Of a stretch of DNA of 64,000 bases, positions 57,286-64,000 are shown piece after piece. The notes under the pieces are model-generated. The model was not told where the DNA came from. It saw nothing but the letters and a program-made list of their open reading frames with translations, and did no database searches. Both the position numbers and the translations under genes were made by a program. Source of the stretch: Candidatus Latescibacterota bacterium (GTDB taxonomy: Bacteria; Latescibacterota; UBA2968; UBA8231); contig CBDETY010000003.1 of assembly GCA_965243025.1 (NCBI GenBank), forward strand, positions 3,872,001-3,936,000, in the 5' to 3' direction. Position 1 is the stretch's first letter, and every line of letters begins with the position of its first letter.

Positions 57286-57302
57286 TGCAAATGGCATGCC
57301 TG
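57286..57302 (-). promoter_or_regulatory. sigma54 -24/-12 promoter
   Basis: CAGGCATGCCATTTGCA has exact GG-N10-GC spacing, about 60 bp upstream of ATG 57225. Confidence 0.7.
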
Positions 57303-57342
57303 TACCTGGCCGGCGGCTCCATCAGTGGTGTCCGTGATGACG

Positions 57343-57355
57343 TAACCTGTTGTTT
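57343..57355 (-). promoter_or_regulatory. IHF-binding site
   Basis: AAACAACAGGTTA, one mismatch to WATCARNNNNTTR, with adjacent A/T tracts at 57360-57390; lies between UAS and -24/-12. Confidence 0.55.
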
Positions 57356-57434
57356 TCCTGTTTTTTGAACACCTGTTTTTTTTTATTTCGACGACAAAAA
57401 GCTCGCCCTCGCCGCCACCGGCTTCCCGGTACCG

Positions 57435-57490
57435 TCGTATTTAATACGATTTTGTCGTATTTAATACGATCCGGCCGTATTTAATACGAT
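57435..57490. repeat. Three tandem palindromic operators (T)CGTATT-T-AATACGA at 20-bp period; probable bEBP enhancer (UAS)
   Basis: CGTATTTAATACGAT starts at 57436, 57456 and 57476; an extra half site CGTATT lies at 57494. Confidence 0.85.
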
Positions 57491-57615
57491 TTCCGTATTG
57501 CCGCGGCCCGGCTGAGGACTGCTTGCTTCTGCAAAATCAGCTTCCGTCCCGAATTTGCGTGTCCCCGGATGGATTGATATGATTTTACGAATACAGTTTT
57601 CATACTTGGGTAAAC

Positions 57616-57831
57616 ATGCGAATTTCTGAACGAGGACAAATCACCATTCCCAAGCGACTGAGAGATCGCTTCGGAATGAATCCCGACGTCGAAGTCGAGA
57701 TCACGCCGACAGAGCACGGCCTGCTCATTCAAAAACGGACCGCAGCGAGGCACCCTGTCGAGCGCGTGTACGCCATCCTGGGAAGCGGCGCAAGCACCGA
57801 CGATTACATCGAGGAAATCCGTGGGAGATGA
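57616..57831 (+). CDS. AbrB/MazE/SpoVT family antitoxin
   Basis: MRISERGQITIPKRLRDRFG swapped-hairpin motif; ATGA coupling to the PIN gene. Confidence 0.9.
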   Translation: MRISERGQITIPKRLRDRFGMNPDVEVEITPTEHGLLIQKRTAARHPVERVYAILGSGASTDDYIEEIRGR

Positions 57832-58223
57832 TCACCGCGGTCGATACGAGTGTCCTGTTGGACGTGTTTCTCCCCGACGAGCGTCACGGCCCCCGGTCGA
57901 AGGAATTGCTGCGGGACGCCTATGACAGGGGGGCCATTTTCATCTGTGAGGTGGTCTATGCGGAACTCGTTCCCGCGTTCGATGACCGGGCAAAGCTCGA
58001 CGGAGCGCTGCGGGAGATCAGCGCTGCGATTTCACCCATCGATACCGATATTGCTTTCGAAGCCGGGCATCGCTGGTCTCGCTACCGGCAGGCCGGCGGG
58101 TCCAGGAATCGGATAATCACGGATTTTCTGATCGGCGCCCACGCGGTTGTAAAAGCCGAAACTTTTCTCACACGGGACCGCGGCTTCTACTCGACCTACT
58201 TTCCGGAATTGCATAGAGGGTGA
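57828..58223 (+). CDS. vapC: PIN-domain VapC toxin
   Basis: VDTSVL, VYAEL, DFLIGAHA, LTRD acidic tetrad. Confidence 0.9.
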   Translation: MITAVDTSVLLDVFLPDERHGPRSKELLRDAYDRGAIFICEVVYAELVPAFDDRAKLDGALREISAAISPIDTDIAFEAGHRWSRYRQAGGSRNRIITDFLIGAHAVVKAETFLTRDRGFYSTYFPELHRG

Positions 58224-58355
58224 GGTTCCCACCCCACCCTCTGTGGGCGTCTCCACCGCAGGGCCATCCAGGCGCCAGCAGGCCACCGCGACAAACGCGC
58301 CGCTCCTCAGTCAGCTTCCAACCCCCCGAGACCTTGGGGAGCCGTCGGCAGACAA

Positions 58356-59321
58356 TCACTTGGAGTCCGGCACACCGGATTCCCCGCTACGGCCTATCTG
58401 CGCCTTGACCGCCCCCCAGGCCGCGGCTCGAATCGCGCTGGCCGCCTCCGCGGAAATCCAGGCCGGGTAGATCGCGTCCGTCGAGGTCTGGGTCAGGTTG
58501 ACGGGGTTCGAGCCATCGGCATCCATCACGTAGATGTCGTAGTCGCCGTCCCGGTTCGAGGCGAAGGCGATCCGGGTCCCGTCCGGGGACCAGGCGGGCC
58601 AGTAGTCGGCGTACGCCTGGTTGCGGGTGATATCGACCGGGTTCGAGCCGTCCGCATTCATCGTGAAGATGTCTATGTCCCCCCCGTTGCGGCGGGAGGT
58701 GAAGGCGATAACGGAACCGTCGGGGGACCAGGCGGGACGGGAGTCCGCGGCGGGATCGTTGGTCAGGTTGACGGGGTTCGAGCCGTCCGGCCCAATCGTG
58801 TAGACCTCGAGATTGCCGTCTCGCAGGGAGTGGAAGGCGATGCGGTTGCCGTCGGGAGACCAGGCGGGATAGGCGTCTTCCTCGGGGTGGCGGGTGACGT
58901 TCAACAGGTTCGTGCCCCCGGCTTCGATCGTGAAGATGTTGAGGGGGCCGTCGAAGTCGGAGGTGACCGCGATGCGGCTGCCGTCGGGAGACCAGGATGC
59001 CAGTCCGAAGCGATGGTGGGTGTCGGTGACGTTGACCAGGTTGGAGCCGTCGACCGACATGACCCAGAGGTTCTGGAAGCCGCTGCGGTTGGAAGCAAAC
59101 ACGAACTTCGTGCCGTCGGCAGTCACCGCCGGCTCCCAGTCCCGGGCCGGGTTGTTGGTGAGGTTGACGGGGTTGGATCCGTCCTCCTCCATCACGTAGA
59201 TCTCGACGTTGCCGTCGTCGCGGTCGGTGGCGAAGGCGATCTTGCAGTCGCAGGCGGCGCCGCTCCGTTGCGCTGTCAGAGCTGCCGCCAGCGCGGCGAT
59301 CAGCAGGGGGGATCTGCCCAT
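58356..59321 (-). CDS. Secreted TolB-like (PD40) beta-propeller with C-terminal SAIRAAAWGAVKAQ tag
   Basis: Signal peptide; about 6 repeats of PAWSPDG.RIAF.S.RDG..IY.M..DGSNP.NLT. Confidence 0.88.
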   Translation of the reverse strand: MGRSPLLIAALAAALTAQRSGAACDCKIAFATDRDDGNVEIYVMEEDGSNPVNLTNNPARDWEPAVTADGTKFVFASNRSGFQNLWVMSVDGSNLVNVTDTHHRFGLASWSPDGSRIAVTSDFDGPLNIFTIEAGGTNLLNVTRHPEEDAYPAWSPDGNRIAFHSLRDGNLEVYTIGPDGSNPVNLTNDPAADSRPAWSPDGSVIAFTSRRNGGDIDIFTMNADGSNPVDITRNQAYADYWPAWSPDGTRIAFASNRDGDYDIYVMDADGSNPVNLTQTSTDAIYPAWISAEAASAIRAAAWGAVKAQIGRSGESGVPDSK

Positions 59322-59376
59322 GGCGAGCTCCTGTGAATGACCGGCGCCCGCGGAAGGCCGCGGGAGCCGGCCGCGT

Positions 59377-60501
59377 TCAGACGCGGTTGTCCTCGATGTA
59401 GTCCCAGTCCAGCTCGAAGCCAAGCCCCGGTTTCTGCGAGACGATGACGTTCCCCTCGCCGTCGAAGGGATCGCAGATCTCCTTCATGTACGGAGGCGGC
59501 ACCTCGTAGGCCTCGTCGTGGCCGGGGGCGAACAGCCCGCGCTCGAAGTACTCGATGGTGTCGACGTTCGTCGAGGCGTAGATGTGCAGGTTGCCCCAGC
59601 CGCCGCCGTGGATCGTCGCCCGCATACCGAACGACTCGTACAGGGCCACCGATTTCCTGCAGCCGGTGATGCCGTTGAAGTTGACCTCGGTGCGCCCCAT
59701 GTCCGCCGCCTTCCTGACGATCCACTCGGTGCGGCTGTACGGCAGGTTGCCGAGCTGCTCGGGGGCGCAGACCGGCACCTCGAGGTTTTCGGTGAGGCGG
59801 ATGTAGGGTTCGATGTTGTTCTCCGGCATCGGGCTCTCGAACCAGAAGAAGTCGAGCCCGGCGATCTCCCTGCCGACGTAGAGCGCCTGCTCGTAGTTGT
59901 AGATGCCGGCCTGGTCGAGCATCAGGACGATGTCGCCGCCGACGCGCTCCCGCACCGCCTCGCAGACCTCGACGTCGTGCCGGGGAAAGGCGGGGTTGCG
60001 GGGGGCCGGCTCCATCCTGACCGGGTCGTACCACATGTAGGCGTGAATCTTGTAGGCGGTGTACCCCTTTCTCACGCACTCCTCGGCGTGGTCGGCGAAA
60101 ACCTCCGGGGAGCCCATGTTCGGGTAGGAGCTGGCATAGCACTTCAGCCTGTCGCGGTAGCCGCCGAGCAGCTTGTGCACCGGCTGCTCGAGGCAGCGGC
60201 CGGCGAAGTCCCACAGCAGCATGTCGAGCAGCATGTTGCCGCCGCTCAGCTGCCAGAGCTGCTCGCGGTCCATCGGGTCGCGGCCGATGGCGAGGGCCTC
60301 GATCCAGGGGGGCAGGCCGCCGCCGCGTGGAAACCAGTAGCCGCTGACCCCGGTGTCGGTCTCCAGCTCGAACAGCGTCGTCGCGGTCTCTTCGGGCTCG
60401 GTCCGCAGCAGCTCCAGCGGGTAGATCGAGTACCCGTACTTCCCCTGGTAGCGGCGCGACATGGTTTTGAAGCGGTGCTGCTTCACAGCGGTGATCTTCA
60501 T
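59377..60501 (-). CDS. Mandelate racemase/muconate lactonizing enzyme family (enolase superfamily)
   Basis: DMLLWD..G...QPVHKLLGG, YKIH, LMLD, WFESP, APE, KPGLG; RBS ggaggag. Confidence 0.9.
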   Translation of the reverse strand: MKITAVKQHRFKTMSRRYQGKYGYSIYPLELLRTEPEETATTLFELETDTGVSGYWFPRGGGLPPWIEALAIGRDPMDREQLWQLSGGNMLLDMLLWDFAGRCLEQPVHKLLGGYRDRLKCYASSYPNMGSPEVFADHAEECVRKGYTAYKIHAYMWYDPVRMEPAPRNPAFPRHDVEVCEAVRERVGGDIVLMLDQAGIYNYEQALYVGREIAGLDFFWFESPMPENNIEPYIRLTENLEVPVCAPEQLGNLPYSRTEWIVRKAADMGRTEVNFNGITGCRKSVALYESFGMRATIHGGGWGNLHIYASTNVDTIEYFERGLFAPGHDEAYEVPPPYMKEICDPFDGEGNVIVSQKPGLGFELDWDYIEDNRV

Positions 60502-60515
60502 TTTTCTCCTCCTCC

Positions 60516-62519
60516 TCACCAGTAGTGCACGCGGTGGCCGTCGGCCGGGAACCAGATGGCGTCGATGACTCCCGAGAGGACCACCCCGGCGACGTAGCCG
60601 ACCCCGAGCCCGTAGAAGAAAGGCTTGCCCGCCTGGTAGGCGCCGCCGCCGCCGTAGCGCAGCAGGGTCAGCTTGACGATCCAGACCAGCAGCAGGCTGA
60701 ACCAGTAGTGCACGAGGCCGGGGGCGTACTGGAAGGCGAGCCCGACCGGGTGCAGGGCGAACCAGTGAAAGCGGCCCCGAAGGTAGGCGAGTCCCGCCGC
60801 TTCGAGAAACCCCGTCAGCCAGACCCCCCATTTGCCGAGGTCGAAGGCCCGCGGGTGGTTGAGCAGCGTCGCGATCTGCGGGTAGACGTTGAAGGCGTAG
60901 GGCAGGTGCACGGCCCCGCCCTGGTCGTAGGCGACGGTGATGCTGCAGAGGGAGGCGACCAGGCAGCCGACGGGGAAGGCGACGAGCACCACGGCGCAGA
61001 CGCGGCCGGGCTGGAAGCGCAGGGAGAATATCCGCAGGTGATGGGGCAGGGCCGGCCAGGCCGGCAGGCGTATGTTGCCGAAGAAGGCCTGGCTGACGAA
61101 CAGCTTGAAGGCGACGACGTTCTTCGCCGACAGGTTGGCCGAGCCGACGAGGTCGGTGATGAACAGCCCCCCCTTGGCGTTGGCCCAGGTCGGCATCAGG
61201 TAGGGGAACCCGGTGGCGGCGATCAGCTTGATGGTGACGAAGAACGACACCGTCATCAGCGCGAAGGTCGCCGCCGCCAGCGGCAGGCTCGCCCCCAGGC
61301 TGACCCCGAAGGAGATGACGTACACGGCCGAGACCGCCATGCCCGCGGCGGCGATCCGGTAGATGCGGACGTCGGCGGGGTCCCCCTCGCCGCGGGCGAT
61401 GCTCCCCCAGACCTCGCGCAGGTGGCGCCGCGCCAGCCACAGCGACCAGAGGGCGATGCAGACGATGGCGCCGTAGCTCTCCATGTCGAGGATGTCGCCG
61501 CTGCCGAGCTGCTGGCCCGAGGAGCCGACGCTGAACCCGAGCTGGTCCATGGCCCCGGTCTTGGCGACGGCGAGGAAATAGAAGAGCACGAGGCTTCCGA
61601 GAATGTCGAGGGGGCAGAGGTAGACCAGGGCGAGGACCAGGGGCAGCACGCGCAGCACCGGGGACGGCCAGGGGCGCGGCAGGGTGATCTGGAAGCGCTC
61701 GAGGTAGAACTCCGCCTGCGGCAGCCCCGGGGTGAACCAGGTGCCCATGTTGTAGAACAGGGGCAGGAAGACGACGCCGAAGCCGATCCAGAAGAGGCGC
61801 GAGTGGAACAGGTCCGGCAGCCGCCGCGGCCCGTCGAAGCCGCGGGTCAGCTCCAGGGGCATCTGCGCCAGCGGGAAGGTCAGCCTCTCCGCTTCGATCC
61901 ACTGGCGCCGGAACAGGATCACCAGGCAGAGGCCGAAGACGACCATCGCCAGCGACGCTGAGAACCAGCGGGCGATGGCGCCGGCCCAGGCGTCCCAGGG
62001 CAGGGGCATCCCTTCCGGCAGGCCGAGCCAGAAGGTGTGGATGACCCGCTCCGTCGGCTCCGGGAAGGCGTTCCACGGCATCCAGGGGAGGATCAGGGTG
62101 TCCCACTGGTTCTCCGGGGTGGCCATGAAGAACGGGGCTCCCATGACGGCGACCCAGTAGTCGCTCCACCCCCACATCGGCAGGGCGCCGACGATCCACG
62201 TCATCGAGAAGATGGTCAGCAGCTCTCCCCGGGTCAGCGCCGCGCGCGGCCGGATCGATTTCAGCAGGACGTTGAGGAAGAGCCAGAGCACGAAGGGGAT
62301 GACGGCCACCATCGGGTACTGGGAGAGCACGAAGGTGCTCGAGGCGAGGTTGATGCCGACGACGACGATCAGGCAGTAGAACCAGCCGGCGACGGTCAGG
62401 GCGCCGACGAACACGCCGCGCCAGGTGATCCTCAGCCCCTCGTCACCGTCCTCCCCTGCCGCCCCCGAATGCCGCTGACCAGGGCCTTTTCTCCTGCTGT
62501 CCGTCGACACTGATTCCAT
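60516..62519 (-). CDS. Polytopic membrane protein, DUF6785/DUF6784-like (putative peptide transporter)
   Basis: GELL.IF, ATPENQW, QW...ERL.FPL...P, W..LHPVG, K...LRYGG...Y...KPFF.GL. Confidence 0.72.
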   Translation of the reverse strand: MESVSTDSRRKGPGQRHSGAAGEDGDEGLRITWRGVFVGALTVAGWFYCLIVVVGINLASSTFVLSQYPMVAVIPFVLWLFLNVLLKSIRPRAALTRGELLTIFSMTWIVGALPMWGWSDYWVAVMGAPFFMATPENQWDTLILPWMPWNAFPEPTERVIHTFWLGLPEGMPLPWDAWAGAIARWFSASLAMVVFGLCLVILFRRQWIEAERLTFPLAQMPLELTRGFDGPRRLPDLFHSRLFWIGFGVVFLPLFYNMGTWFTPGLPQAEFYLERFQITLPRPWPSPVLRVLPLVLALVYLCPLDILGSLVLFYFLAVAKTGAMDQLGFSVGSSGQQLGSGDILDMESYGAIVCIALWSLWLARRHLREVWGSIARGEGDPADVRIYRIAAAGMAVSAVYVISFGVSLGASLPLAAATFALMTVSFFVTIKLIAATGFPYLMPTWANAKGGLFITDLVGSANLSAKNVVAFKLFVSQAFFGNIRLPAWPALPHHLRIFSLRFQPGRVCAVVLVAFPVGCLVASLCSITVAYDQGGAVHLPYAFNVYPQIATLLNHPRAFDLGKWGVWLTGFLEAAGLAYLRGRFHWFALHPVGLAFQYAPGLVHYWFSLLLVWIVKLTLLRYGGGGAYQAGKPFFYGLGVGYVAGVVLSGVIDAIWFPADGHRVHYW

Positions 62520-62830
62520 CCGAAGGGGTTATACCTGACCGTCCCGCCCCGCGAAGGGCAGGCGGGATCCATTGTCCTGTCCCATCAATATCCTGCAATT
62601 CTTGCCCCGATCCATCCCGGCTCGCGGCGGGTTTTTTTCAACCTGCTTCCCGGCAGGACACCAGGCTGGACCCGGCTGCCCTTCCATCGGCGAGACCGGG
62701 GTACGTGAGGCGGCGTATCTGTCCGGGCAGTGGAGCATTATCTTTTCATACACTGAAAACTTGCCGGTTTGCACCGCGGCCCCGGCGGAACCCGCCACAG
62801 AGAGGGGCTGCCGATTCGCACTCACCATCG

Positions 62831-64000
62831 ATGAAGCTCTTCCCGCACTTCCGAGCCGGCCCGGCCTTCTTCCCGGCCGCCGCCCTCGCCCTTTCCCTCG
62901 GTCTGGCAACCTGCTCCTCCCCCACCGGGCCGGGCCCGGCCGTGGTCATATCGACCGTCGTCGGCAACGGCATCGCCGGCGACAACGGCGACGGCCTGCC
63001 CGGACCGGAGACCTCGCTCTACCTCCCCCAGGACATGACCTTCGGCCCGGACGGGGTGCTCTACTTCGCCGACTGGAACAACCACCGCATCCGCCGCCTC
63101 GTCGACGGGGTCGTCGAGACCGTGGCCGGCACCGGGGAGCTGGGGGACGCCCTCGACGGCTCCGCCCTCGAGACCCGGTTCAACCATCCGACCAGCATCG
63201 CCTTCGACGGCGAGGGCCGCATGGTGATCGCCGCCTGGCACAACAGCAAGATAAAAAGGGTCGACCTCCTCACCGGGAGCATCGAGAACATCGCCGGCAA
63301 CGGCGACCGCAACTTCGGCGGCGACGGCGGCCCCGGGAACGAGGCGATCCTCGACCTGCCGAGCTCCGTCGCCGTCGACGCGGCGGGCAACATCCTGATT
63401 TCGGACCAGGCCAACCAGCGCATCAGGCTGCTCGAGCCGAACGGCACCATCACCACGATCTGCGGCGACGGCGAGCCGGGGTACTCCGGTGACGGAGAGG
63501 TGGCGGAGAACGCCCGCCTCAACTCTCCCTCCGGCCAGTCCGCGCCCCCTTCCGGCAGGATCTCCCTCGACGCCCTCGACCGCATCTACATCGCCGACAC
63601 CGGGAACCACGTCGTCCGCGTGATCGACAACGACCGCCGCATCCGCACCATCGCCGGCACCGGCAAACGGGGCTACAGCGGGGACGGCGGAGCGGCGACC
63701 GAAGCGCAGCTGAACACTCCCAGCGACGTCGCCGTCGCCGATGACGGGACCGTCTACATCGCCGACACCATGAATCACGCCATCCGCAGGATCGATTCCG
63801 ACGGGGTCATCACGACCTTCGCCGGCACCGGCGAACGCGGCTACGACGGCGACGGGGGAGCGCCCGGGGCCGCCCTGCTCGACAGGCCGTACGGGGTGGC
63901 GATCTCTCCGGACGGGGAGCTCTACATCGCCGACACCCACAACCACCGGGTGCGCCGGGTCACCGCCGACAATTCCGCCACCGAGGTCGTCGTCGCTGCG
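62831..64000 (+). CDS. Teneurin-like NHL-repeat lipoprotein, 3'-truncated by the window edge
   Basis: Absent from the ORF track (no stop in window); MKLFPHF...LATC lipobox, then YFADWNNHRIRR and G..GDGG repeats. Confidence 0.85.
   Translation, partial: MKLFPHFRAGPAFFPAAALALSLGLATCSSPTGPGPAVVISTVVGNGIAGDNGDGLPGPETSLYLPQDMTFGPDGVLYFADWNNHRIRRLVDGVVETVAGTGELGDALDGSALETRFNHPTSIAFDGEGRMVIAAWHNSKIKRVDLLTGSIENIAGNGDRNFGGDGGPGNEAILDLPSSVAVDAAGNILISDQANQRIRLLEPNGTITTICGDGEPGYSGDGEVAENARLNSPSGQSAPPSGRISLDALDRIYIADTGNHVVRVIDNDRRIRTIAGTGKRGYSGDGGAATEAQLNTPSDVAVADDGTVYIADTMNHAIRRIDSDGVITTFAGTGERGYDGDGGAPGAALLDRPYGVAISPDGELYIADTHNHRVRRVTADNSATEVVVAA

Noticed and set aside
56966-57345. Plus-strand ORFs of 83 and 82 aa
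   Set aside because: No RBS or recognisable features; promoter, RBS and terminator all point to the minus strand
57435-57499. Possible mini CRISPR array
   Set aside because: Repeat is only 15 bp with 5-bp gaps and no cas genes; it fits an operator array
58356-59321. Calling this gene tolB
   Set aside because: It lacks the TolB N-terminal domain and has no tolQRA/pal neighbours

Overview
High-GC bacterial chromosomal window, densely coding (about 47 CDS), with no rRNA, tRNA or CRISPR array seen. The gene families present (expanded FlgD-CTD secreted proteins, C-terminal 'WGxxK' proteins, a DUF6785/6784-like membrane protein, CRTAC1/ASPIC proteins, many sugar-acid enzymes) suggest a Latescibacterota/Gemmatimonadota-type diderm, possibly host (sponge)-associated; this is inference only. 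In order the window holds: (1) 1-15.5 kb, small-molecule and inositol-like catabolic genes (iolD, aldolases, SDR, creatininase) with an embedded NHL-repeat gene, interrupted by a lower-GC islet in which a complete IS256 (8-bp TSD) has hit a clan-AA protease gene; (2) 16-26 kb, a Wzx/Wzy-type polysaccharide locus; (3) 26-41 kb, PhyH dioxygenase, orphan DMFase large subunit, TonB-dependent receptor, DUF4377 lipoprotein and others; (4) 41-56 kb, FlgD-CTD and ASPIC/TPR surface proteins around a GT-C/GT2/methyltransferase/fcl glycosylation operon; (5) 55.8-59.3 kb, an accessory islet. The islet holds the best candidate for an undescribed system: a full sigma54 promoter (three palindromic UAS, IHF site, -24/-12) driving a cryptic, frameshifted, secreted CxxxC...CxC mini-protein absent from the ORF track, followed by a terminator, next to an AbrB-VapC toxin-antitoxin pair and flanked by two unrelated secreted proteins that share a C-terminal SA[VI]xxx[SA]WGx[IV]KA tag. 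All family calls come from motif recognition by eye, not from database searches.
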